Part shown: in pieces, positions 6,598 to 15,880 of the stretch
Position numbering within the stretch: position 1 is the first letter of the stretch
Layout: each line of letters starts with the position of its first letter
From: a virus
Lineage: Duplodnaviria; Heunggongvirae; Uroviricota; Caudoviricetes
Direction: 5' to 3' (one strand)
Length of the DNA stretch: 64,000 nucleotides
IMG/VR virus record: IMGVR_UViG_3300027917_000030
Position numbers and translations under genes: made by a program
The notes under the pieces: model-generated
What the model was told of the DNA's origin: nothing
What the model saw: the letters and a program-made list of their open reading frames with translations, nothing else
Databases searched by the model: none

Positions 6598-7263
6598 TTA
6601 TTTATAACCTCTTTCATATAACACCTTCTCAAACCCCTTATGCTGAGATCTTGCAAAAACAATCAAAAAGATAAATAAAACCAGCATCCACCACATACTA
6701 AACCACAAAGATACAAGTGCTCCAATACCTGATAATACATAAGAGGTTATCACTGCTATATTCATTGCTTTTTCAGGAGTGGCTTTAAAGGAAAGTAATG
6801 AATACAATACTCTGCCACCGTCAGATGGAAATAATGGTAATAAATTAAATATACAGAAGGCAACATTTATAATAAACAAATATGCAGTAAATGTACTCGG
6901 TAAAAGTATCCAGAAAATACTGCCGATAATTGCAAGAGCCAGTGATCCTCCTGGTCCAGCAAGAGCTACTTTAAGACCAGCCCGCCTGTCAAATAAAATC
7001 CTCTCAGAATCAATTAAAGCCCCTGCACCAAGCGCAAAAACCACAACCTTCTCTACATGCATTTTTTCAGAAATAGCCGCCCATACATGACAATATTCAT
7101 GAATAAGCAATGAAAACATAACCACCAAAAATAAAGCAATGCCCATTATACCTGCTTGTATAAGAAATAGAAACAATAGGATCAGTGCTGACCAATGAAA
7201 CTCGAGCGGAACCTGGAGAGCCCGTTTAAGACTTTTCACTTTTCTTTCCTTCCTCGTACCCAT
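6598..7263 (-). CDS. Membrane metalloprotease, M50 (site-2 protease) family
   Basis: Multi-TM protein with HEYCHVWAA (HExxH) in a TM helix and a downstream LLPLFPSDGG (LDG-like) motif. Confidence 0.6.
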   Translation of the reverse strand: MGTRKERKVKSLKRALQVPLEFHWSALILLFLFLIQAGIMGIALFLVVMFSLLIHEYCHVWAAISEKMHVEKVVVFALGAGALIDSERILFDRRAGLKVALAGPGGSLALAIIGSIFWILLPSTFTAYLFIINVAFCIFNLLPLFPSDGGRVLYSLLSFKATPEKAMNIAVITSYVLSGIGALVSLWFSMWWMLVLFIFLIVFARSQHKGFEKVLYERGYK

Positions 7264-8149
7264 CTACTTCTGGGACAGAAGATGGGGGTACATCTAATTG
7301 TTTAATGATAGCAAATAAAGTTGTTTTTTTACCACTTACATCAACGGCTGCGGCAAAATTGTGACCGCCACCGCCCATAACCTTAGCTAAGTCAGCCAAC
7401 TTGCCAGAATCAATAAGGTTTTGGTTGGATGTTCGTAACCTGGCTTTATTCATTCCATCTACCAAACATACATTTTCGTAATATCGAAATAACGTATCCA
7501 TTATTTCTGATACTACAATTTGATCCTGTTCGTCTACTTCCGCGATCATAAACCCATTACGACACTTATGAAGTTTAGCAGTTTTAAGTCCAAGTAATGC
7601 TTGGCTATATCTTATAGGTCTAATAGATGTTAAAATCTGTTGAGCCTTCTCATTGGTAATATTGAGTTTTCTTCCCACATCCATTATCTCATTCCACTCT
7701 CGCATAAAAAGAGTATCCGTATATAGCCCTACCAAAAGCACATCATCAATAATTCCAAAGTCTAGTGCTAAAATAGCAGCAGTAGAACATCTTTTTATAA
7801 CATAAATTTTCTTTCTGGGATTATGCTCATCAAGTCTGGTATCATGATGGTCTATACATATAAATGGTTCTTTAATTTCAAACCCAATTCTATCTTCCGA
7901 ATAACCTGAATCCAAAACAATTGTTTGTTCAATTTCAGGGATTTCTTTAGGTAAATCATCCTCAGATAAAATCCACGACAAGTGTTCAGGAATTGTACCC
8001 TCAACCTTCGCTACGGCAGTTTTACCATTTGAACGTAAGTGATTGAGAACTGCCTTAATTGAAGATAAAGAGTCCCCATCAGGATTCACATGTCCTACTA
8101 CCAATGAATCCTTCAGAGGTATTTTATATCTTGTCATAATTTCTCCCAA
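7226..8149 (-). CDS. DHH/DHHA1 phosphoesterase (NrnA-like nanoRNase/pAp phosphatase)
   Basis: GHVNPDGDSLSS, ICIDHHDT and the GGGGH DHHA1 motif. Confidence 0.7.
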   Translation of the reverse strand: MGEIMTRYKIPLKDSLVVGHVNPDGDSLSSIKAVLNHLRSNGKTAVAKVEGTIPEHLSWILSEDDLPKEIPEIEQTIVLDSGYSEDRIGFEIKEPFICIDHHDTRLDEHNPRKKIYVIKRCSTAAILALDFGIIDDVLLVGLYTDTLFMREWNEIMDVGRKLNITNEKAQQILTSIRPIRYSQALLGLKTAKLHKCRNGFMIAEVDEQDQIVVSEIMDTLFRYYENVCLVDGMNKARLRTSNQNLIDSGKLADLAKVMGGGGHNFAAAVDVSGKKTTLFAIIKQLDVPPSSVPEVDGYEEGKKSEKS

Positions 8150-8155
8150 AAAACT

Positions 8156-8422
8156 TTATCTTTCTAAGAGGAATCTTCTTACTTGCTCAGGATTAGCCCC
8201 TCCAGTAAGTCTATTAACAACTTCGTTTCCTCTTTTTAAAATAAGGGTAGGAATAGAACGGATACCGTACTCTCTGGCCATATCAGGATCTTCATCTACA
8301 TTTACCTCAACCAAATCTATATAATTTATATCTGACACTATATTTTTAATAATAGGTTCCATGGCTTTACAAGGAGCACACCACGGGGCCTTAAATGTCA
8401 TAAGAATCAGTTTTTCCATCAT
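8156..8422 (-). CDS. trxA: Thioredoxin
   Basis: 88 aa with WCAPCK active site (WCxxC) and a thioredoxin-like overall pattern. Confidence 0.85.
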   Translation of the reverse strand: MMEKLILMTFKAPWCAPCKAMEPIIKNIVSDINYIDLVEVNVDEDPDMAREYGIRSIPTLILKRGNEVVNRLTGGANPEQVRRFLLER

Positions 8423-8549
8423 TTGTTTTCGCTCTCTCCCAAAATTATATTTGTCTTAAGAACATTTTTGTACAGCATTATATTTACTTATTAATAGAAT
8501 TCAATTTGTTATTTTTCTTTAAATTTTAGGTATTTATATGACAGAAGTA

Positions 8550-8909
8550 TTATTTAGAAATGTATGTTTTTCCTATCTTTGGTATTGGTTCTTTATGTCT
8601 TTTTTCTACTTTAGGAACCTGTTTTTTAGGAGGTTTGTTTCTCTTTTTATCCTTAATTTTTACTCTACTATCACCTCGACACTTGCAGTCTGCACATGTA
8701 CCCATATCTCTTTGGTCTGGACCTATTGGACACTCTTTATATGCCATCCCATGATGCCATAAAATATAAGGTGATAGCGGACAAGAAAACTTTGGGGGTT
8801 TAGTAATATACTTAGGCATTCTTTCAGTTTCCACTATAACAGTTTCACCAGAAGAATACAATTGCTTCAACGATAAAGGATTCTTACTCATTTTTATCTC
8901 CCATGACAT
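8550..8909 (-). CDS. Hypothetical Cys-rich basic protein (119 aa)
   Basis: CP...C...CADCKCRG. It carries no signal peptide. Confidence 0.3.
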   Translation of the reverse strand: MSWEIKMSKNPLSLKQLYSSGETVIVETERMPKYITKPPKFSCPLSPYILWHHGMAYKECPIGPDQRDMGTCADCKCRGDSRVKIKDKKRNKPPKKQVPKVEKRHKEPIPKIGKTYISK

Positions 8910-9439
8910 TTCTTGAATTTTATGCGCTTACCATTAATAGTTTTTCCACAAGGGCAGGGATCATTTCTCCCAATCTTATTTTTACCTATAGCGCGGTCAG
9001 TAATTAAGATGCTATCTAAATGATCGCATTCGTGCTGCACCGCAATAGCCACCAACCCTGAAGCAACAAATCCAGCCGGATGAAGATCATCTTTTACGAA
9101 AACTTCTTTAAATCTATGTGTATTAAAACTTTCTCCAGGAAAACTTAAACACCCTTCATCAAAAAAGGTTGTTCCAAAACTCTGATCAATAATTTCAGGA
9201 TTCACTAAATCAACAAATTCTTTTGAATTTTCGTGAGAAATGCGAACTATTGCAACCCGCTTATGAATTCCTATTTGCGGGGCTGCAAGACCTATTCCCG
9301 GTTTATCAGAACTATCAAGAGCAGTTTCTAACTTATCTATAATACTCCGTGCCTCATATGGATCGATCCTGTCATTAGGCCTTCTCAACTCCTCAATATC
9401 AGTGATAATCTTCATAGGATTAGAAATTTTTTCAATCAT
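8894..9439 (-). CDS. def: Peptide deformylase with C-terminal SEC-C-like Zn motif
   Basis: GIGLAAPQIG, EGCLSFPGE and HECDHL are the three PDF motifs. The C-terminus NDPCPCGKTINGKRIKFKKCHGR resembles the SecA/YecA SEC-C metal-binding motif. Confidence 0.8.
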   Translation of the reverse strand: MIEKISNPMKIITDIEELRRPNDRIDPYEARSIIDKLETALDSSDKPGIGLAAPQIGIHKRVAIVRISHENSKEFVDLVNPEIIDQSFGTTFFDEGCLSFPGESFNTHRFKEVFVKDDLHPAGFVASGLVAIAVQHECDHLDSILITDRAIGKNKIGRNDPCPCGKTINGKRIKFKKCHGR

Positions 9440-9975
9440 TTCTTCTCCAAAGCAATGATCATAGTTATCGAGTTACCTTCAATGCGAGCGTTAGAATCTA
9501 TAACGAAAGGAACAGTCACCAGACTAATGAACTTCTCTAACATAGCCCTACCGGTATCCAGCATATGCTCTTGTTCCCTGCCACGAAAATAAACTGCCAA
9601 TTTAACCTTATCACCCTTTTCCATAAATTGCCCAGCACGCTTGGCTCTATACTTCAAATCATTATCGCCAGTTGTAGGTCGAAATTTTAGTTCTTTAATC
9701 TCCTGCCTATGGCTTTTGTTTTTCTTGTTCTTTTTTGATTGCTCATATTTCCATTTTCCCAAGTCCATAATGCGACAGACTGGAACTCCCTTAGAACCTG
9801 AACTAACTTCAACCAAATCTAAACCAACATTCTGAGCCTTATACAGGGCATCACTAATGTTAACATTACCAAAATTATTACCATTTTCATCAATAAGCAA
9901 CACGGTGCGTGCTCTAATCTTGTCATTTACATTATTATTCTGCATTGCTTGAAACTTCCTCCAACGCTTCCTCAA
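9436..9975 (-). CDS. infC: Translation initiation factor IF-3
   Basis: VLLIDENGNNFGNVNISDALYKAQNVGLDLVEVS...PVCRIMDLGKWKYE and a C-terminal domain typical of InfC. Confidence 0.85.
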   Translation of the reverse strand: MRKRWRKFQAMQNNNVNDKIRARTVLLIDENGNNFGNVNISDALYKAQNVGLDLVEVSSGSKGVPVCRIMDLGKWKYEQSKKNKKNKSHRQEIKELKFRPTTGDNDLKYRAKRAGQFMEKGDKVKLAVYFRGREQEHMLDTGRAMLEKFISLVTVPFVIDSNARIEGNSITMIIALEKK

Positions 9976-10621
9976 TCTGATCTACGATCTTTTTAGCCAC
10001 ATCTTCAGGATTAGGGGCTGTACGAATAGGTCTTCCAACTACAATTTTATCTGCTCCATCCAGAATCGCTTTTCTAGGAGTTATTATAACCCTTTGGTCG
10101 TGAACAGCATCTCCTTCTAATCTAATACCTGGCGTAATTAAAATAAAATTTTTCCCTACAACTTGCCTAACAGGCCGTAACATCGACCCTGGACAAATAG
10201 CCCCACTTGCTCCAGCATCTTTTGCGAGTAAAATATTATTCATAAAACGCGGCCGATCTCTTTCTGAAAATGCGGAACTCGTCAAGTGAGATACAGCCAG
10301 AATTTTTAGACTGGGCGTCACTTCTGTTGCTCGCCTAATAGCCTCGTCTGAATCAGCAAACACAGTTAAATATGAAGCACCAAATCCATTAACAACGGCT
10401 GCCGCATTTCCAACGGTATTTGGAATATCATGTAACTTGAGATCCAAAAATACCGGCACATAACCAGATAAAGATTTTACAATGTCGGAACCACACTTAA
10501 GAAACAATTCCAAACCGACTTTAAAAACGCCAACATATGGGTACAGTACTTGTACAAATCTACGAGCCTCACTTTTATCGTTAACATCCAACGCGAAAAT
10601 CAACCTATCTTTAGCCGACAT
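9935..10621 (-). CDS. pyrF: Orotidine 5'-phosphate decarboxylase
   Basis: LIFALDV, FKVGLELF and DLKLHDIPNTV. Confidence 0.8.
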   Translation of the reverse strand: MSAKDRLIFALDVNDKSEARRFVQVLYPYVGVFKVGLELFLKCGSDIVKSLSGYVPVFLDLKLHDIPNTVGNAAAVVNGFGASYLTVFADSDEAIRRATEVTPSLKILAVSHLTSSAFSERDRPRFMNNILLAKDAGASGAICPGSMLRPVRQVVGKNFILITPGIRLEGDAVHDQRVIITPRKAILDGADKIVVGRPIRTAPNPEDVAKKIVDQIEEALEEVSSNAE

Positions 10622-11535
10622 TTAAACCTCTCTACAGTGGTCTTTGTAATCGATGGTGGTGGCCAAACTATATTCCCTAAATCTTTCTTTTCAAATTGTC
10701 TGAAAAATGTTCGAAGAAATCTTTCAGGATCCTTACAAATGTTATTAGCCTTTTGAATATCTACGGGCATATCACCTGGCGGATTTATAAAAACGCTCCA
10801 CATTCCAAAAGTAAACGGACGATATAAAAATATTAAACTTCTATTTGGGTTTCTGCAATCAACTCTTGCTCTATGTAAAGTCTTGTAAGTTGTAGCATAA
10901 TTGTATTCATTTAAAAGCAAAAATCCAAGTTTAAATCTCTCGGCCTCTTGTGGTTGAGAAAACTTAATTACAGGCAAGAGAAAGAATATATCTCCCTTAC
11001 GAGTTTCATCAGGGTTTATATAAACCACTTCTTTTGTGGATAAATAATACCCAAAAAATTTAAATGGCGGTCTGATAGGTTGGACAACCAAACCGTCCTG
11101 TAAAAGGAAAAGTTGTGGTTCGACAAACTCTTTTTTTCCTATCAGAATAGAGGAAAGTTCTTCAATATCAGGCTGTTGGATCCTACCTATAACTTGCTTG
11201 ATATCTTCTATTTTATCTTCACAACAAACTCTCGCTGAGATATAATCTTTACCCAATGATAGAACAAGTGGTTTGCGGATAAATTCTACCGACTTAAGAA
11301 TTCCCGCTGGAATTCTTACTCGCCCCTTACTAACCTTGGTTTTACCAATAGTGAGATTTGATCTGCTTCCACATAGTGTAAGTACTCCAGGTTCTTTAGA
11401 AATAAACACCACCTGTCGTTTATCCCAACCAACAGCCTTAACAAGATTTTGAGGGACCTCTACCCTACCATCACGTTTGGGTTTTACCCTAATCCCATGT
11501 TCACTTGTCAAGAGGTTTACTAATATACTTTCCAT
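10600..11535 (-). CDS. Hypothetical protein with two N-terminal AbrB/SpoVT-like swapped-hairpin repeats (311 aa)
   Basis: GRVEVPQNLVKAVGWDKRQVVFISKEPGVLTL and GRVRIPAGILKSVEFIRKPLVLSLGKDYISARV resemble AbrB-N/MazE modules. The C-terminal two thirds are unknown. Confidence 0.35.
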   Translation of the reverse strand: MESILVNLLTSEHGIRVKPKRDGRVEVPQNLVKAVGWDKRQVVFISKEPGVLTLCGSRSNLTIGKTKVSKGRVRIPAGILKSVEFIRKPLVLSLGKDYISARVCCEDKIEDIKQVIGRIQQPDIEELSSILIGKKEFVEPQLFLLQDGLVVQPIRPPFKFFGYYLSTKEVVYINPDETRKGDIFFLLPVIKFSQPQEAERFKLGFLLLNEYNYATTYKTLHRARVDCRNPNRSLIFLYRPFTFGMWSVFINPPGDMPVDIQKANNICKDPERFLRTFFRQFEKKDLGNIVWPPPSITKTTVERFKCRLKIG

Positions 11536-11549
11536 ATCAATTCCTAAAC

Positions 11550-11580
11550 AAAAGGTCCCAGCATAAAACTGGGACCTTTT
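11550..11580 (-). terminator. Rho-independent terminator-like hairpin after groL
   Basis: AAAAGGTCCCAG-cataaaa-CTGGGACCTTTT, a perfect 12-bp stem flanked by A/T runs, between groL and the next gene. Confidence 0.5.
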
Positions 11581-11600
11581 CGTTAAAAAACAGAATCTTT

Positions 11601-13208
11601 TTATGCAGTTGGAGGATCATTAGATTCTGTTGGATCATCTGCAACCATTGCTTCTGTGGTAATTAACATCGAAGCGACACTTGCAGCATTCTGTAGTGCA
11701 CACCTAACAACCTTTTTGGGATCAATAATACCAGCCGCAACAAGATCTTCATATTTACCCTGTGCTGCATTATATCCAAATTCCAGCCTATCTACATCCA
11801 AAATAGTTTGTTCAACAACATCAGGCTTATCGCCAGCATTCTCTACAATTTTCCTCAAGGGCGCTTTTAAACTATTAAGAATTATTTTGGCCCCCTCGCG
11901 CTCTCCTTTATCAAGTGTTTCTAGTAAGTTAAACACATCCTTAGCACATCTTAACAGTGCTACCCCGCCACCAGGTACAATTCCTTCCTCAACGGCGGCA
12001 CGAGTCGCATGTACAGCATCTTCAACCCTATCTTTCTTTTCCTTCATTTCTGGTTCAGTTGGTGCTCCAACTCTAATAACCGCCACACCACCAATTAATT
12101 TAGCCAATCTATCTTTCAACATCTTCCTATCATATTCGGAATCACAATGTTCAAGGTCTGCACGGATCTGAGAAGCCCTTTCTAAGATTGCTTCTTTCTT
12201 ACCGCCACCACCTACAATAGTTGTATTAGCCCTGTTCACAACAACTTTCCTGGCTTCACCAAGGTGAGATAGTTCAGCACGATCAAATGTCATACCAATA
12301 TCTTTGGAGAAAAGAGTTGCTCCTGTAAGAACACTAAGATCCTTGAGCATTTCTTTCCGTCGCTCCCCAAATCCAGGAGCCTTAATTGGGCAATTAAATA
12401 ACGCCCCGCGTAACTTATTTTGTATTAAGGTTGCCAACACTTTCTGACTGTAATCTTCCGCTATAATAAGAATGGGTTTGCCACTTTTCGAAACCTCCTG
12501 TAAGAGTGGTACAAGAGTTTCAATTTCTTCAAGTCTACCGTCAACAACCAGTACAAATGTTTCCGGGAGTTCCACAATACTTCTATCACCATCTGTAATA
12601 AAGTATGGTGTAATATAGCCTCTGTCAAATTGCATGCCATCCGACAGTTCCAAATATGTCTTAAGTGTTTGAGATTCTTCAATAGTGATTACGCCTTCTT
12701 TTCCAACCTTCTCCATGCCCTCCGCAATAAGTTTCCCGATCTGTTCATCGTTGGCAGAAATTGTTCCTACCTGAGCAATCTCTTCTGGATCTTGTGTAAG
12801 TTTTGTCATGTTGTTTAGAGTTTCCACTACAACATTGACAGCCCTATCAATACCCCTTTTTAAATCCACAGGATTATAACCTGCAGTTAATAATTGAAGA
12901 CCCTCGTTATAAATAGCCTGGGCCAAAACCGTTGCAGTTGTAGTCCCATCGCCCGCTTCATCGCAGGTCTTGGAAGCAGCAGTTTTTACCATCTGCGCTC
13001 CCATATCTTCAAACTGATCCTGCAAGAAGATCTCTTTTGCAATCGTTACCCCATCTCGTGTTACATGTGGTGCTCCCCACGACCTACGTAGTAGAACATG
13101 CCTACCTTTTGGACCCAAAGTAACACATACCGCATTTGTAAGTTTATCAACACCAGATTTTATTAGGGTCCTGGCTTCCGTATTATACTTAACAATTTTA
13201 CTAATCAT
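11601..13208 (-). CDS. groL: Chaperonin GroEL (Hsp60)
   Basis: 535 aa. GPKGRHVLL..GAPHVTRDGVTIAKEI, the AAVEEGIVPGGGVALL equatorial motif, and GDGTTTATVLAQA. It lacks the C-terminal GGM repeats, as phage GroELs often do. Confidence 0.9.
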   Translation of the reverse strand: MISKIVKYNTEARTLIKSGVDKLTNAVCVTLGPKGRHVLLRRSWGAPHVTRDGVTIAKEIFLQDQFEDMGAQMVKTAASKTCDEAGDGTTTATVLAQAIYNEGLQLLTAGYNPVDLKRGIDRAVNVVVETLNNMTKLTQDPEEIAQVGTISANDEQIGKLIAEGMEKVGKEGVITIEESQTLKTYLELSDGMQFDRGYITPYFITDGDRSIVELPETFVLVVDGRLEEIETLVPLLQEVSKSGKPILIIAEDYSQKVLATLIQNKLRGALFNCPIKAPGFGERRKEMLKDLSVLTGATLFSKDIGMTFDRAELSHLGEARKVVVNRANTTIVGGGGKKEAILERASQIRADLEHCDSEYDRKMLKDRLAKLIGGVAVIRVGAPTEPEMKEKKDRVEDAVHATRAAVEEGIVPGGGVALLRCAKDVFNLLETLDKGEREGAKIILNSLKAPLRKIVENAGDKPDVVEQTILDVDRLEFGYNAAQGKYEDLVAAGIIDPKKVVRCALQNAASVASMLITTEAMVADDPTESNDPPTA

Positions 13209-13713
13209 TTAAACCTCCAACTTTTAAACAATCTGGTAGAATACCATCATCTAATTTAGAAGTTTCGGAGTCAAAAGTCAATACATATTTGAACCCTTCT
13301 TCCATTTCTGGCACTTCAAGCCTACCATACATACCTTTCATTACCATATCTGGAACTTTCCTTGAGGGCTCGCGCGATGCGTTGCGTCGTATAGCCTCAT
13401 TAAAAGAAACACGACAATATAAAGCCACCACTTCTGCCCCATATTTCTGAGCCATCCTGATATATTTGCTACGCTTTTTCCGGCCCACAAAGGTAGCATC
13501 AAACACTATTAAACCTTCTTTGTTTATAAGTGCCTCTTTCAATGCTCTATCCGACTCTCTCCAAGCATTGCGTGCTACCTGAGGGGTCCATGGATTTTCT
13601 TTTGTATATCCTATTAAATCGTCTGGGCAGATTAAGACATCTGAGCGAATTTTGCTTCTTAAAGTTGTTTTACCCGAGCCTGGTATTCCGATCATTAAAA
13701 CTAGTACCGACAT
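13201..13713 (-). CDS. P-loop kinase (polynucleotide-kinase/AAA_33-like)
   Basis: VLVLMIGIPGSGKTTL Walker A within a 170-aa protein, in the size and shape of T4 Pnk kinase domain or zeta-like kinases. Confidence 0.5.
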   Translation of the reverse strand: MSVLVLMIGIPGSGKTTLRSKIRSDVLICPDDLIGYTKENPWTPQVARNAWRESDRALKEALINKEGLIVFDATFVGRKKRSKYIRMAQKYGAEVVALYCRVSFNEAIRRNASREPSRKVPDMVMKGMYGRLEVPEMEEGFKYVLTFDSETSKLDDGILPDCLKVGGLND

Positions 13714-13742
13714 TAAACTCTCCTATTCTTTTTAAACCCTTA

Positions 13743-13778
13743 TGCATACACAGCAGAATAAAAACTGCTGTGCATGGT
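13743..13778 (-). terminator. Rho-independent terminator-like hairpin after the SPFH gene
   Basis: ATGCATACACAGCAG-aataaaaa-CTGCTGTGCATGG (12-bp stem, one mismatch) followed by a T-run on the minus strand. Confidence 0.5.
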
Positions 13779-13786
13779 ATAAAGGT

Positions 13787-15034
13787 TTATTTTTTAGTTA
13801 CACTGACACTAACCTCTTTAGCGGTCTTTGCTAAAAGCAGGCTAATCAAGTCTGTAGCAGCTGTCCCTTTTCCATTACTATTACCAATAACAGTCTGTGG
13901 GACAAGCGCACCGGGCTGGGCTTTAGCCAATGCCTGAGCATAATTCTTATGAATATTCTGAAGAGCTTTTAACTTGAGACTTAAAGCACCGTCAGCCTGC
14001 ATGATCAAACGCCTTTTTGCTGCTTCACCCTCACCACGAAGAATCTGAGCCTTCTTTTCCATAGCTGCTGCAGCAAGATCTAATTGAGCAACTTCCTTCT
14101 TCTTTTGTGCCTGAAGAACCGCCTCGGCTTTGTCGGCCTCAGCCTTTACAACACGCTTCGTTTTGGCAACCTCTTCAACAGCGCGAGTTTCAGCAATTTT
14201 CGCTTTCGCTTCAGCCTGAGCCTTTGAGGCGCGAGCTTCAGCCTGTTTAGCTTGAGCTTCCTGGGTAATAATATCCATACGCGCTTTTCTCTGAGTCTCA
14301 ATCTGATTTTTAACTGACTGAGAATATGTGATTTTGTCAATCACCAAGTTGGTAACACGAACTCCAAACTCGTGAAAAGCAGAAGGGTCGCGCCACAAAC
14401 CACCAATACAACTCTTATTATTTGAGGAACTACATCTCTTTTGTTCAAGAACCCAAACTTTCTTCATTTCGCCGGTAATAGGATCTGGCCGTGTTTCTTG
14501 CTTCTTTCGAACAAGAATAGTACCATTAACGAGCTGATCTTCTACCAAACTGGCAAACTCACCACGTCGAGCAGCATAACTTTCAGCAGCACTCATGTGT
14601 GGACCAGTAGTAAACAATGCCTTTCTTACAGCAGGAAGAACGAGTTTCTCTCTAACACCCCTAGCACTCTTAAACTTACGATGAAGTCTAATCAGATCTT
14701 CACAACTCGTGGGCAAAATAATCCGCACAGAACCAGACACTGATGCTGCTGCACCATCATTAAAACGAGTGGGAAGAGACTGATCACGCTTCTCTCCAGT
14801 TTCATGATCAGCGGTAAAAAAGAATGTGGTAGCCTCAGGGTATGTGTGAATATCCCCGAAAAACTGACCATACATACCAGGCTCAAGTCTACAAGTAAGA
14901 TTACCAGTAACAGCCGCCTGTTTTACCTGCAAATAACCAGCACTGTTAGTTTCAAAAAGTCCGCCCATACTCGCTATAAAAATCACCAAAAGTACAAAGG
15001 CAGCCGCCAGAGTAATAATGGTTTTAGTTTTCAT
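13787..15034 (-). CDS. SPFH/band-7 (HflK/C, prohibitin-like) membrane protein
   Basis: N-terminal TM, SPFH-like core, and a long Ala/Lys/Glu coiled coil (KAQAEAKAKIAETRAVEEVAK...). Confidence 0.65.
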   Translation of the reverse strand: MKTKTIITLAAAFVLLVIFIASMGGLFETNSAGYLQVKQAAVTGNLTCRLEPGMYGQFFGDIHTYPEATTFFFTADHETGEKRDQSLPTRFNDGAAASVSGSVRIILPTSCEDLIRLHRKFKSARGVREKLVLPAVRKALFTTGPHMSAAESYAARRGEFASLVEDQLVNGTILVRKKQETRPDPITGEMKKVWVLEQKRCSSSNNKSCIGGLWRDPSAFHEFGVRVTNLVIDKITYSQSVKNQIETQRKARMDIITQEAQAKQAEARASKAQAEAKAKIAETRAVEEVAKTKRVVKAEADKAEAVLQAQKKKEVAQLDLAAAAMEKKAQILRGEGEAAKRRLIMQADGALSLKLKALQNIHKNYAQALAKAQPGALVPQTVIGNSNGKGTAATDLISLLLAKTAKEVSVSVTKK

Positions 15035-15410
15035 TTTTTCTCTCCTGCAATTCCTGTTCTAAAAGTTTATATTCACCAAGTACCGAATCTTCACTGGAAT
15101 TTTGTAGTAGTCTTTTCAGTTCTATTACATCAACATTAGCATTTTCTAATTCAGCCCTAACAGATGGAGATTCCAAAATTCTTGCCGCCTGATCCCGTTC
15201 AATTAATTTTAATTGAATAGATCTCTCGCGATCCCTAATTTGCTTAACTCTTTCTTTTTGTTCAATCGAACCTACAGTCATGATATTACTAAGTAACTTC
15301 TCTCTCTCTTTCCTATCCTTGTCTTCTAAATATTGTCTATAAACTTTAGGGCCAACGATGGACCCAATAAATACTACAGAAAATAAAACAAACAAAACAA
15401 TCAATGTCAT
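15024..15410 (-). CDS. Membrane-anchored coiled-coil protein (128 aa)
   Basis: N-terminal TM helix followed by a charged helical segment. Confidence 0.35.
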   Translation of the reverse strand: MTLIVLFVLFSVVFIGSIVGPKVYRQYLEDKDRKEREKLLSNIMTVGSIEQKERVKQIRDRERSIQLKLIERDQAARILESPSVRAELENANVDVIELKRLLQNSSEDSVLGEYKLLEQELQERKNEN

Positions 15411-15880
15411 CGGAGCCTCCGTAAAATAAAACGATCCTTTTTCTTATGTTCGATGCTCCAATAAATAAAAAGATCCAGTATACTGTCAGCATTATATGAT
15501 ACAGTCTGCCTACCAGAATACAATTCTACCATCAAATAACAATCAAATGCTGAAATTCTTTCAATCTCCCTTGCCAGAAATTGCCGTTCTTTCAAATTCA
15601 TAAAACACAAAAGATAATTACAAAGAATAAAGTCAGCACTTTTATTCGGAAGTGGAATACCATTATAGGAAAGATCAACCTGAGTTCCGTAATCTCCTTT
15701 AAGATCAAAGGCTCTAATATTAGAAAATCCATTCTCCAGCATGAATTTGGAATTGCGACCATTGCCGCAACCCAAATCTACTATTCTGGAATCTTTAGGA
15801 AGGTTTAGTTTCAGTTTAGGCAGCCATTCTCTTAAATATGGTGAAGCCACTTTCCTATTACATCTTATTACTTTATGCAT
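15407..15880 (-). CDS. Class I SAM-dependent methyltransferase (157 aa)
   Basis: IVDLGCGNGRNSKFM motif I. Confidence 0.55.
   Translation of the reverse strand: MHKVIRCNRKVASPYLREWLPKLKLNLPKDSRIVDLGCGNGRNSKFMLENGFSNIRAFDLKGDYGTQVDLSYNGIPLPNKSADFILCNYLLCFMNLKERQFLAREIERISAFDCYLMVELYSGRQTVSYNADSILDLFIYWSIEHKKKDRFILRRLR

Noticed and set aside
11656-12171. 171-aa plus-strand ORF inside groL (and similar plus-strand ORFs such as 2374-2868, 19136-19717, 34101-34550 and 61544-61807)
   Set aside because: They lie antisense to strongly supported minus-strand genes or in low-complexity sequence. Their translations are Ser/Leu/Pro-rich with no motifs, and they have no RBS, so they are shadow ORFs.
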